Origin: Octopus sinensis
Taxonomy: Eukaryota
DNA length: 64,000 nucleotides
Assembly (NCBI RefSeq): GCF_006345805.1
Contig: NC_042998.1
Coordinates: forward strand, 192,262,001 to 192,326,000
Direction of reading: 5' to 3'
Translations under genes and position numbers: made by a program
Notes under the pieces: generated by a model
Database searches by the model: none
Told to the model about the DNA's origin: nothing
Seen by the model: the letters and a program-made list of their open reading frames with translations, nothing else
Part shown: in pieces, positions 1 through 12,299 of the stretch
How the letters are laid out: each line of letters opens with the position of its first letter
Numbering within the stretch: the first letter of the stretch is position 1

Positions 1-20
1 ATATACATATATATACACAC

Positions 21-96
<76 letters not shown>
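1..96. repeat. (AT)n microsatellite
   Basis: Near-pure AT dinucleotide run with a short CA patch. Confidence 0.95.
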
Positions 97-99
<3 letters not shown>

Positions 100-340
100 A
101 TGTGACAATTATTCGGTAGCCATGATAAAACTCCGAGTTTGGGATATCGGGGCGGAAACCCAGGCCGCCATCTCTTCAGTTATCCGGCCATCGAAAAGAT
201 GCTATGAAAATGACCGTTACACAAAGGGAAATTACTATGTAGATGACCGTTATTAAGACAAAAGAGCTATTTGAATGACCGCTAAATGAGGGGAGGAGTA
301 AAGGTAAGAGAGTGAAAATATTCATAGTATTCGCGTAAGC
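97..340 (-). mobile_element. Putative PLE pseudo-LTR-type repeat with degenerate hammerhead-like fold (124-185)
   Basis: Minus strand reads GATAA-CTGAAGA-[GAT GGCGG...CCGCC...ATC]-CCAAA-CTCGGAG-T-T-TTATC; abuts (AT)n. PLE assignment is inferred from the motif. Confidence 0.45.
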
Positions 341-1617
341 GCACATGTCCATACATACACATGCACGCCCGCACATCCACGTACATATGCCTATAAGTAT
401 ATACTCATCCACCTTCACCTTAAAGACGCACATGTTCACACACACATTCGCCATAAAATATATACATACCCGCATACACGCTCGCACACGCACGCACACA
501 CACGTGCGCACAAAAAAAAGGTTCAAGCACATGTCTATATACGCACATGCACAAAAAAAAACAAGGCTAGAGACAAAATACTTATTAAAAAATAAGCAAT
601 AAGAGTAAAACATGTCAATATACGCACATACCCGTATGCACTCATACACACACGCACGTCTATATACGTGCATACCCGCAAGTCTATATACGCACACACA
701 CACACACGCACAAAAAAGGTTCATACACACGTCTATATACGCGCAGGCACAATTGTGTATTGATTTTCGAGCAGATTGCCTCTCCCAGTTCCATCGCCAG
801 TTTATTATGTAAAAAAAAGATGAATGAATGTTGATTTTATAATTTTAAAAGATTTTAATAATTTAGTATAATGGAATCAAAACATGCCCAACGTTCAACA
901 TGTCTGGAATTTATGTTATAATATCAGCGTTTTGTAGCATAAGTACAAGAACGGCACTCGAGAGAGCACACAGACGATTATATCATCTGTATGTATTTGA
1001 CAATCTTTTATTATAGGACTCATCCATTGAAGGTTGAGTTCTGCGAAGGCAAAATCAGTTGTAGAGAAACTTTCAGCTTGTGTTCTACAATTCACTCACA
1101 TGCCTTTGCTTCTAATTAAGGGATTCATACCTAGACTAATATTCACTTGAAATACACACAGCCGTGTTCATTATTCATTACATTTATTTTCATAGAACGA
1201 ATGAAAGTAGTTTTTCGTTGCGAAATTCGGAAGAATAGATTTTAAAATAATGATATAACTAGTGTTAATTTCAAATTATCTAGGACTTAATAGATAAAAT
1301 TTCCCACTAAACGTAAGACAAAAAAATGCACTGCCGAAACGTACAAGGTCGAAACTCAAATACAATTGACATGTTGAGTAAATACAAAATTTTAAGTGTT
1401 ACTTCTCATTTATGCTCCAAATTTCAGTAAATATATTGTTTAAACGACATAACTTGAATTGTTCCTATAATAACGAAAGAAGAGAATACAATAGAGGAAC
1501 TTTATCCTTGATGGATCGGTTATTTGCGCGCAAACTGGTGTGGATGTCTTATATAGTTTATAACCCTAGCAGATATCTTGTAAAACCTCAGTTTTCCGCA
1601 GCTCTAAAACCGTAAAA

Positions 1618-2625
1618 TGAAGTGTTGATGGTTTCTGTAACAGGTGGGGTTTTTACGTGTATAGGGTGTAATCCTATAGCACAACCCCCGAATCTGGAGG
1701 ACCGATGTGTATACTTTAGTCTGACTCCTCTTCGACCAAACCAGCAAGGTTAAACCTACCAGGGGAACACGTCCCCCACTGGCACATGCTCTAGGGATCA
1801 TAAGAGTACGCAATCCTCCCCGCCATGTCAAGGCCACGCAGATGATCTCGCGCTACTGTCACATCGCCTGCAAGTCATGCAAAATAAGGTAGGCCACCTG
1901 ACAGAAACTTCACGGCGAGTGGGCTTGAGGATCAGCCGGGAAAAGACAAAAGTGTTGCGTATCAACAACAAGCAGAAAGAGCCAATCACAATCGAAGGGG
2001 GCACCTGTGGACGACGTTAGTGAGTTCGTCTATCTAGGCAGCAAGATCAGCAAATCAGGTGGATCAGACGAGGACATCACGGCAAGAAGCAAGAAGGCTT
2101 GGCGAGCCTTCGCTATTCTTCGGCCGGTATGGAAGTCCACTGCCATCTCAACTCGAACTAAACTCTGCTTATTTAGTTCAAACGTAAAATCTGTGTTTTT
2201 GTATGGCTCTGAAACATGGAGATCCACCTACAGCAACTACAAGAAGATCCAAACCTTCATCAACAAATGTCTCCGGCAGATCCACCATCTGAAGTGGTTC
2301 GACAGAGTGCCAAACACCGACCTGTGGGAAAGGACCAACCAGGAACCCATACATGTTCAGATTAGACGAAGGAAATGGAGATGGATTGGACACACACTGC
2401 AGAAAGATCCCCCAAATGTGACACGACAAGCACTTGACTGGAACCCGCAGGGGAAAAGGAAGCGAGGACGCCCGAAGCAGACATGGAAGCGGAGCATTTG
2501 GGGCAAGCTCAGGTCCACCGGCCTGACATGGGAAGCTGCCAAGAAACATGCCAATGACCGCAAAAAGTGGAAAACAACTGTTGAAGCCCTATGCTCCACA
2601 AAGGTCAAAAAGGATTAAGAAGAAG
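1618..2625 (+). mobile_element. RTE-clade LINE, 5'-truncated with inverted 5' segment, 12-bp TSD
   Basis: TSD AAAACCGTAAAA at 1606-1617 and 2626-2637; 1838 onward reads ADDLALLSHRLQVMQNK...GLRISREKTKVLRIN, +1 frameshift at G-run ~1997, then VDDVSEFVYLGS...LYGSETW...RRRKWRWIGHTL...WNPQGKRKRGRPKQTW, stop 2616-2618, short (AAG)n tail. Confidence 0.9.
2007..2618 (+). pseudogene. C-terminal part of RTE LINE ORF (post-RT region)
   Basis: FVYLGS, LYGSETW, RWIGH and RKRGRP motifs typical of RTE reverse-transcriptase ORF C-termini. Confidence 0.9.
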
Positions 2626-3222
2626 AAAACCGTAAAAACGCAACACAGTTATCATAACGGAAGTCTAATATACATAGGCTGCTGAAGAGACATGCTTTTG
2701 AGTATAATAAAAAAAAATATAGAAATCACTAAAACAATTATATTATTATTAGCTATATTTAACTTTATCAGTTTCCTATCGTTCTCAACTGCTGGGAATC
2801 TCGACTTATTTGACTTCTGTAATTTCACAAATAAAATTATCCGTGAAATTTAAATTCCAGAATTGCACTGATTAAACCTAGGAGACTGAAATGCGAATGC
2901 GATTATAATATTATAGAATAACTAAAAAAAAAATGCATTAATCATCTTATTATTTGTTTATTTTTTTAATTGAATCCTCTAAATTTCTTAAAGAAAATAA
3001 ATTTTATATAAATGCACTCATTCATTTTGTTAAAATAAAATAACATAAAACGATAAAACAAACACAGATATTTATACTAGAGGATTTTCATACCAACAGG
3101 AATCAGTAGTTTTCGTGTGAAGTAGTTTCTGATCGCCATACAACACAAACTGAAAGCTTCTACGAATTTGCAACCAAATATCCTGGAGTTAAAACATGCG
3201 TAAAATGGCCTGCGCGCCACTG

Positions 3223-3514
3223 TGGATGCACGTGGCCTAGTAGTTAGAGCAGCGGACTCGCGTCGAGGGATCGCGGGTTCGAATCTCAGACCGGGCAATG
3301 TGTGTGTTCATGAGCGAAACACCTAAGCCCCACACGGCTCCGACAGAAGATAATGTCGAACTTCTGGCGCCTCTTTCTCACACTCATTCCTCCTGCATCT
3401 TGCAGCTCACCTGTGACTGACCAGCGTCTCGTCCAGGTGGGGAACCTATACACCAAAGAACCCGGGAAGCCGGTCCTATGAGCCAAGCGTGGCTCGTGAA
3501 GGAACAAACAACAA
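3223..3514 (+). mobile_element. tRNA-derived SINE (family E)
   Basis: A box TGGCCTAGTAGTTAG, B box GGTTCGAATC; head resembles family C; (AAC)-rich tail. Confidence 0.8.
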
Positions 3515-4632
3515 GTGAACCACTACAATAGAAGTCTTAATGTACCAATGCTATTTTAATTTAATTATCTATTTCTAAATAGTGTTCATTTTGATTATCT
3601 TTTTTATGTTACGTATTTCCGCTTTTAGTCTTCTTTTATTCTGTTTTTGTGTTAGTTTTTGTTGTTTTTCTACCTTCCGGATGGACATAGTGGGGTTAAC
3701 ATACAGAATATTAGTTTAGAAATTAAAACAGATTCGTATAAAAAAAGTTTAAAGTAAACATCTTAATACGGTTGATGTTTATGAAAAATTGTGCAGTATT
3801 TGTGTATGTCACTATAACTGAAGCATGTAATATAGACGATATAATGTTAATGTCTCTTTGAAAAATGATATTTTTTAAATCACACAATATTTTAAGGAAG
3901 TTGACCAACAAACAGTAAGATTTCTGTTTCTACCAAAATCCATTTGATACGTTGATAGTTTCGATACACTACACCTACATCCATTGCCACCTGCAAATGC
4001 TCACTAACATGTAAATATGTGCCTCGAATATACTGAAGTTTGCAATGTGTAGAAGCGACTTTTCAAAACATGTGAATATAAAGTAATACGCAATGCCATC
4101 TGATAATAACATTTTGGGGATAAAATTGGCAAGTCATTTTCTGTAAGAACTTTGAAAAAGTATGTCCATTTCCCCCTTTTGATTACAATTTTCTTTTTTC
4201 CGTTCTTTATAGTATAAATTTTCTATTTTTCAATATATCTTCTTCTTTAGTTTCATTATTCTTATCTAATTACCTTTGACACTAACTTTTAGAACATTCA
4301 TTTCCGTTGGCAGTTTGGTTTTTCTTATCAGAAACCATCTAATCTTATTGGTGTGTGTTAATTTTCCTATTGGCAAATGTCAGTGTCAGCACATCAGCCG
4401 AAGGTCATTCTATATTTAATGGCGTCCAAAACACTAGAAATACTGGTAGTCAATTTCATCTTTTGCCAAACCATTATGGTCACAAATAACGTTCTTGTCG
4501 CAGTAGTTCTACTAAACACTTGGTCTTGATGTATCTATAGGCAAAACATACTAATGGACAGCAACGCTGTCTCGTGTCTCAAGTCTCAATGTATTAAACT
4601 ATACTAAGAATTGTGTTTGAATATTTTTCACT

Positions 4633-4634
<2 letters not shown>

Positions 4635-4701
<67 letters not shown>

Positions 4702-4718
4702 GTGTGTGTGTGTGTGTA
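4635..4718. repeat. (TA)n(TG)n compound microsatellite
   Basis: Direct inspection. Confidence 0.95.
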
Positions 4719-4719
4719 T

Positions 4720-5335
4720 AGATAAAACTTACTTGGAAAAAGATGAGTGGCGTTCGATCATATAATAACATAAATAATATATAAATATATGCATATATAC
4801 ATACATATATATACATACCTACATCTATATGTATATATACATGCATATATGCGTTCAAAATAATTCTTCCATCGTCTTGGCTTAACAACCCTCATCGTTT
4901 GTTTTTACTGTGTTATTCTCCTTGTCCTGTCTTTTACTATTTTTATTTGTATTGTTTTTATTGTCTTGTTCTTGTTACCGCTTTTACCCCTCCGCAAAAA
5001 ATCCCAAATTTGATTTAATTTGCTTTGCTGGAAGGACTGTTTCAACGAAGTCGCGTCTTGTCCTTACCTTCGAACGTGGTGTAGACGAAACAGGGACAAC
5101 TGAAGAAGGGGAATATTCCTTGTGCTATATGTCTTGCACTCTGTTTTTTCGTTGTTTGAAAAAAAGTTCGTTTCCATGTTTTTGTTTTTATGTTTTCGAT
5201 TCTCATTGTGTCCAACGTTTTTTTGATGTCCTGTATGCATGTATATATACAAATAGATGTAGGTATGTACATATATGTATATATATATATATATCTACAT
5301 ATATGCATGTATCTATATATTATTTATGATATGTA
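4720..5335 (+). mobile_element. Dispersed repeat family (PLE-like arrangement): inverted terminal piece 4720-4850 plus forward copy 4860-5335
   Basis: 4860-5300 aligns by eye with 28800-29230 (+) and 61865-62420 (-); 4760-4850 is the reverse complement of 5230-5335. Confidence 0.65.
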
Positions 5336-6070
5336 TGTATATATATATGTATTTATGTACATATATATATGTGTGTGTGTGTGTGTGTGTATGAATGTAT
5401 GTATGCATATGTATATAATAGATCATATTATATGATACTGTGTATGTGCATGTGCATATTCGGGCGTGTATGTATGTGTGTCCAGGTACATATTCAAATA
5501 TATTTTTATCAAAAATAAACATACGGCTAGATAAACGCTAGAGTTAGCCATTCGGGAATAATAAGACGGAATAATAAGACCCGATCACCTAACACTCCAA
5601 AGATTTCAAAACAGCAGCCTAAACCTAAAGTGAAAAAATCTTCCTTTTATCGACACATTCTCGGCACCGTTTACTGGAAGTCAATAATTCTATCTCCATC
5701 ATTGCCATCTTCCTCACGTGTTACTTGAGCTAATGAGAAAGACTCTACAATGTTGTACGCCCAAATAAAAGTGGCACATAATATTTTAAACATAAAGAGT
5801 GCTTTGGATATTTTAATCCCACATATACTGTGTCTGAAAAATAACGATATGTTAACGGCTGAAAAGTCTTTGGTCATAGATCTGGTTCGTTAAGTCTGGC
5901 ACGAGTTAAACTACAAAACAACAACCTAGTAATTAATGGGGGTTTGGTCGGTGTGGAAGAGATCCCTGAGCTTTTTTCTATATAACATCTCGGGATAACA
6001 TCTTTCTCAATATAACCACAAGAAACAATCCAGCCCTTCACTCTCAAAGTTAAGTCAGTTTAATGTCCAC

Positions 6071-6266
6071 AACCTAAACGACGGATACGTTTATCTCTAA
6101 GTTCTGCGACAGCTGACCTACAAATTACTTTCCGACTGCGACTTCTTGTAGCAGTATTCTGGTATGATATTTTCTAGGAAAACATTAGTGCATTTCCCTT
6201 TACTTTTTATTAGAATGATAGTTTGATGTGCACAAGATTTATCTGATCTATCTACTAAATTTACCG
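6071..6266. repeat. ~196-bp local direct repeat, copy 1
   Basis: AACCTAAACGA...AAATTTACCG recurs at 6709-6904, colinear with scattered substitutions. Confidence 0.9.
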
Positions 6267-6708
6267 GCAAGAGATCAGTCATACGCACAATGCCAAGAAC
6301 TCGGTATAATGCCATAGAATAATCTGGTACATGCGATATTAGAATCTATGAACACTGAATGATCAGAGTTTGTGGCGGTAATCTTCTGTATCCTCACTGA
6401 GTGACCAGCTCCAAATGTTGAGTACCTTTATGCTTACTTTTTATTTAAAATATTATATTGTATTATATATTTAACCATACAATTAAACACACATTCTAAT
6501 AGTCATACACTGAATGCGAGAAATGTTTCCGTAGTTTTCCTAGGTCTTGAATACGATTTGCTGATGTGCCTTCTTTTCTTGTACACAATCTCAAAATGGC
6601 TGCGATCGTAATGTCTAAGACATTTTTAACATTTCGAAAAATCACCAAAGAATTGATGGAATTTTTGGAAAAAAAGCACATATATATATTGATTCCTAGA
6701 CCAAGCTT

Positions 6709-6904
6709 AACCTAAACGATGAATACGTTTATCTCTAAGTTCTGCGATAGCAGACCTACAAATTACTTTCCGATTGCGACTTCTTGTAGCAGTATTCTGG
6801 TATGGTATTTTCTAGGGAAACATTATTGCATTTCCCTTTTCTTTTTATTAGAAGGTTAGTTTGATGTGAATAAGATTTATCTGCACTATCTACCAAATTT
6901 ACCG
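6709..6904. repeat. ~196-bp local direct repeat, copy 2
   Basis: See copy 1; 638 bp downstream. Confidence 0.9.
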
Positions 6905-6988
6905 ACCAATATAGTGTTCTTCACATTTTGAAGCTGATATAGGATTGTGAGCACCTGTCATAGTACCAAATGCCAATCGGTCATGCTG

Positions 6989-7087
6989 TCTTTCTCTCTC
7001 TCTCTCCTCCCTTCTCCTTTCTCTCTTCTCCTTTCTCTCTCTCTCCCTCTCTCTCTCCCTCTCTCTCTCTTTCTCTCTCTCTCTCTT
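6989..7087. repeat. (TC)n microsatellite
   Basis: Direct inspection. Confidence 0.9.
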
Positions 7088-8106
7088 TCGGCAGTCGTGG
7101 AATACTGGAGACACACCACATAAATAAAGCCACCTAAATATATAAATCGTGCCATTCCGAAAAAGAAAATAACAATGCAAACAGGACAAAGAGAATGTAA
7201 TCAGGTAGCCCTATACATATAAGAATATAAATTTTCTTGAATTGCTCATCATCCTCTCTACTCTTCTGATTATCCAACAATGAGTCCGTTGAAAGAAGCC
7301 ACCAATAGCTGCAAATGCCTCTGTCGTGTAGAATAATACCAAATCGCAAAATTTACTTAGTTTTCATAATTTAAGCCAAGGTATAAAAGTTAGTATGGGG
7401 ATTATGTAAATGTGTCAATGCTACAATAAGAAGACTCAAATAATTTAAGCTGAGAACATTACATTACATGCAGGTCCCGATGTAGATGCAACTGATAAAA
7501 ACACAAAACAGAGAAAGCAAAAAACAGATTAGGACAAAATATTACTTAGGACTCAAGCTAGTATTTGTAGCTATGATAATAGGTACAAATACACTGGCCA
7601 TCCCAGTTTGACTACAACTTGAACGCACACTAAACTGGAATTTAAGAAAAGTGGACAGCTTACGCAGGAAAAGAGGAAACTAACAACACTGTTCCGAAGC
7701 ACCATCATGAAAGCTGATGTAGGTAAAATATTCCGATTGAATTATCAGGCCAAATATACAGTGGGAAAATATAGACAGATTTTCTACCTGCTTTGATGAT
7801 GAATGTTCCAGTTGATCAATCAAGAAAAATACCTACGCGCAGATATATATAATTATTCCATAGAAACATATTTAATATTGTCACGCACACACGTCTGATG
7901 TCACGTTTGAATCTAGTAAAATATTACGATAATGATGTGCATGTGTATGAAATACTCGGCCGTCGTCACGCTAATTGAATGAGGATGGCCTAAAGTTGAT
8001 CGTACAAATAGAATTTCATGGTCGAAAATTTCAAAAGTATGCATGTATTCATACATACATATATACATACATACATATATACATATATACATACATATAT
8101 ATAATC

Positions 8107-8340
8107 TAGAGGACTGACCACTACAAGGGGACAACCTATACGCAAGATATAGACGTCAAAATCGCCATTTTCCACGAAGAATGTATTCTCAAGAAAAAAT
8201 TCAGCAAAAACCCAAGGTGTAAAAATAAGCAAGACAAATGAAAATATACAAAATAAAAAACGATTACCTATGTACCAATTAGTTTCACGTTAATATTTGC
8301 GTATATGGATACGTAAACATCTGCAAGATCATCAGCATAG
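8107..8340. repeat. ~233-bp direct repeat, copy 1 (second copy 8641-8872)
   Basis: TAGAGGACTGACCACTA...GATCATCAGCATAG present twice, 534 bp apart. Confidence 0.9.
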
Positions 8341-8551
8341 TCTGTCGTTTACAAAAGGCAATTTCCAGAACTAGATACAGGACGCTCAATCGCAATCCAG
8401 CATGTATAAAGTTCCACAAATTATATTTATGTGTATCCTTTCAAATGCCTTCACTTTGGCGCGTTGAGATCGGAAATTACTCTCCAGTTAATAAACTACA
8501 GCAGTCAATTTACCGGTTATAGAACATTTTTATTTAAAATTAAATAAGGGT

Positions 8552-8956
8552 AGAAATTGATATTAATCAATTAAAACCAGTGGCCTAGCATATTTTTAAA
8601 ATTTCCGAAGATAAATTAAAAGTTTTTTACATACAAAATTTAGAGGACTGACCACTAAAAGTGAACAGCCTATACGCTAGTTATAGACGTCAAAATCGCC
8701 ATTTTCCACGAAGAATCTGTTCTCAAGAAAAACTTCAGCCAAAAAACAAAGTGTAAAAATAAGCAAGACAAATGCAAATATACGAAAAAACGATTACCTA
8801 TATACTAATTAGTTTCACTAGTTAATATTTGCGTATATGGATACGTAAACATCTGCAAGATCATCAGCATAGCATTGTATGTAAAAAAAATTATAATCTT
8901 CGGATTTTTTTTAAATATGCTATGCCACTGGTTTTAATTGATTAATATCAATTTCT
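8552..8956. repeat. ~61-bp inverted repeats (8552-8612 / 8896-8956) enclosing second direct-repeat copy
   Basis: AGAAATTGATATTAATCAATTAAAACCAGTGGC...CCGAAGAT and its reverse complement. Confidence 0.85.
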
Positions 8957-9290
8957 CCAAGCTTCTCTGCCACTTCATCAACAGTTACGATGGGATTTTG
9001 TTCCACCAGGGTTTGCAGGACGTCCTCGTTGAGCTCTACAGATCTTCCAGGAGGGGGCTTGTCTTCTAGGTTGTTTCCGGCTCGGAATTTCTGGAACCAC
9101 TGTTGATACTGACTTACGCTTATTCTCCGATCCTTACATACTGCATTAATATTCCTCGCACTTTCTGTTGCGTTGTTGCTTTATTGAACTCATAAAGCAA
9201 AATATGCCGAATATGCTCTTTTGTCTATTCCATTATGGCTTTGGAAAACCATTAAAATCGAACTCAATTTTATAGCAAGTTATCCCGGCC
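8957..9290 (-). mobile_element. Mariner transposase 5' fragment (HTH region), disrupted
   Basis: From ATG at 9233: ME*TKEHIRHILLYEFNK / frameshift / NNATESARNINAVC...QQWFQKFRAGNNLEDKPPPGRSVELNEDVLQTLVEQNPIVTVDEVAEKL, typical mariner N-terminus. Confidence 0.85.
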
Positions 9291-12200
9291 CTCCTCCGAC
9301 TTTTATTACAATTATGTCTCCTTGTATTACAATTATTTCATGAAAAGTTTTTATTGTGGCGTAAATATGTTGTACTTAGGCAAGTAGTATGCACAACATT
9401 ATATTATATGTAATGCGTTAAGTAACTCTCCACACAACAATCTTACCAAATATACAAGCAAGCAGTGACATGTTAATTAAACATAGGATCATCTACAGGA
9501 GAAATTTATAATCAGAATGACCAGCATTTTAAGGAATGTAAAGTAGATGAAACCAGAATCTGTCAGTCAGTAAGGTGGCTAGGAAAATGTGTGTGTATAT
9601 TGAGGAATAGTTAAAATGTATTTCTATTCGAAAGGTATCATTAAACTTAGCTACCTCGTTCATAACAGCTGGTACTGGGAAAACAGGCTTGTGTAGTACC
9701 AAAGAGCAGGTGTGCAGCACGACGTACGACCCTGTCAAGAACAGTGGCTGAGATTGTTCAAAACAAGTATTTGTTGCGTTATATTACTGTTTTATTTGTT
9801 ACATTATAGGAATGAGGGGATTGATAAATTCCAATGTTACTTATTCATTTACTTAATTAATCTTGATTAACGTGCTCTGATTAATCATTGCAGAACTAAC
9901 AGAATATTAGCTTTTAGTTGCATACGTATATACAGTTATAGGAGTATATACGTATGTATGTATATACCTATATATACACACCTATAACCTTACAATGTAG
10001 GTAAAAATAAATAACAGTCATGCACTTCGTTGATTGATTAGACAGTAACCCTCACCAACAAAGGAACCCTTTGCCCTTATGTTAAAGATCGATATGTGTA
10101 CAAGAAAGGGCTCTGACATTTTCGCCGAGAGACACTTTTCGACCTATTTTTCGAATAGGTTTTTCCGATCCTTTTCTCCAAAAATCAAGTGAATTTCCCC
10201 TTCCAATTTAATTGAGATTTTGCTGTGGTTAATCTATTACGATTTTTTTATTCTTTAAGATTTAGTATTCTCATCCCTCTTTCGGTGATGTAGTTTAAGC
10301 ATCGATCCTGTGTTTTCCTCTCCTCAATCATGATAATCTGGATTTATGAAAAGGTTTTAGTTTGCCATATAAAGTGTATTTGTGCTTCCTTAACAAATCA
10401 CTACATTTTGAGCATCATGATTAGTTTTAGACAAACTCTTCTAAAACCGAATATTTCTGGTCTGTGATAAACAATATTTACATCACACTGTTTTTAATAT
10501 TTCTATAAGGAAATATTTCTCTCTTTTTTTTCTGTCTCACGATATATTAAAATGTACACCTGGTCTGAAGATGCCAGGCTTTCTATTTAATTATGTGAAT
10601 TATAACTAGTTAGCAACTTAGTGCTGATTATTGGTGTCTCAGCTAGATAATGGCCGTATGCCAAATAACCAATATCGCTGCCATAATCATCTAGCGACAA
10701 CAGTTCTAGCAGAAAGTACGTCTAAGCGTATTGACTGACATCCTGTTAGGTGACGTCACACTTACGTCAATGGCTTTAGTTAACACATACATATTTTTTG
10801 AATAAGAAAACCAAAAAGGAAATTGCCTTTTTCCTTCAAACTGATTCTTGTTATAGAGTTTTACTTATATTTCAGCTAAGATAGTTTTTTTGTAATCATA
10901 TATTTTTTTTATGTCAATGATTATTCTAACTTATGATCGATAAAGATAGATACAAATAAATTTCAAGACGTATCAAATATACCATTTTTATTTATTGTCA
11001 AGTATCAGAAATGGAATTCGCGGGTACCACATAACCATCCATAATTTGTAGTTACATGCACCATTTTATTTGTAACTCGCCTGTTAAATTAAGCAATATA
11101 TTACTGATCCTTATTTTAGACATTTCAGAATGATAAACTAATATGGCTTTGTAATAAATCTTTTACTTTGAAAAACCTCCGTAAATCATTATTATAAGAT
11201 GTTAATATTAGTGATAAATACTTCGATGAATAACTATAATTTTGCTACTTATCAGTCATTGGTCATTAAAGCACAGAAATATAATTCCGATTATCTTCTG
11301 TTTTCAATTATACTTCCATTGTCCTTATTGATTTTCATAAGAAGCTCCTAACAACCCTTACCTTTCCCCCAGGCAAACGACTTCGTATTCAACCATTTGA
11401 AATAAAATTTATGGGTTTTCCTGACTTTTTCTCAGATTCATTTTGAAATACAAATAAATATTTACCCTACTTTACTTTCTCTCTCTTGTAATTTATACCT
11501 TCATATTGAGTTGTTCTGTAATGAAACGATGCTAATTTCTTTATTATTTGCACTAATTAGTAATTTCTTGCAATAATGGTGGCTTATTTAAGGCTAAGTA
11601 AGTTGTTTTATTCTTGACGACAAATCGCTATCTAATCATCCCACGAATATGATTCCTTTTGATCTCCTCATTTGGGCATTTGTTTTCATTTCATATGTTA
11701 TTGATTCTTGGAGTGATGACAGGTAATGTCCGTAGTCAAATCAGGCCTCACTAATCTGTGCAATTGATTCCTATGCTCAAAATCAGTCATCGAAGTCGGT
11801 GATTGTGAAAACATCATTGTTTGTTATTGAAGAGAAACAATGCTAGATAACACTTGTAGAAGTGGTTTTAACTGGAACTTAAAGTTGATGAAAATAAAAT
11901 TTGGCAAAAGAAGGTCTCACTTGTACCGAGGACCTTCTAAAAATTCAAAAACTAAAGTGTTTAGTCGGTACCCACCAGAAAGAAATTTCCTGTTGGAACC
12001 GAGGGTTGCTTTGCTTAACGGTTAGTGAATTGACAACGTACATAGACTGACCCATTTTGGACAAAACTAGGACCGTTCAAAAGAGCTAACTCCGTGTCCT
12101 CCAGAAGAGGTTTTCACTTCGATGTATTTGGTTTCATGTCTTTCTTTTTTTATTTTTTAGTACCATGCTCATCAAGGCTGTATTCTCATCTCCATTAGCA

Positions 12201-12299
12201 AAGATGCTACGTGCACATATATGTAGACAGAGTAATTAGTGGAGGTTCATTTTTCATGGATTCACAAGTGAGATTTGAGCTCAGCAAAAGAAAGGCATG

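Noticed and set aside
1618-1834. Possible HDV-like ribozyme in the inverted RTE 5' segment
   Set aside because: Hairpins are visible (GCCAG..GGGGAC/GTTCCCC..CTGGT; TTTGGTC/GACTAAA) but I could not build the nested double pseudoknot by eye
5030-5115. Hammerhead-like half motifs in the 4860/28800/61865 family (minus-strand GAAACAGTC; plus-strand CTGAAGAAGGGG)
   Set aside because: Core and GAAA are not in a compatible order or spacing on either strand
10751-10769. Adjacent CRE-like sites TGACGTCA and TTACGTCA
   Set aside because: Similar octamers occur elsewhere (about 21313, 21829, 47425, 57217); no other promoter evidence
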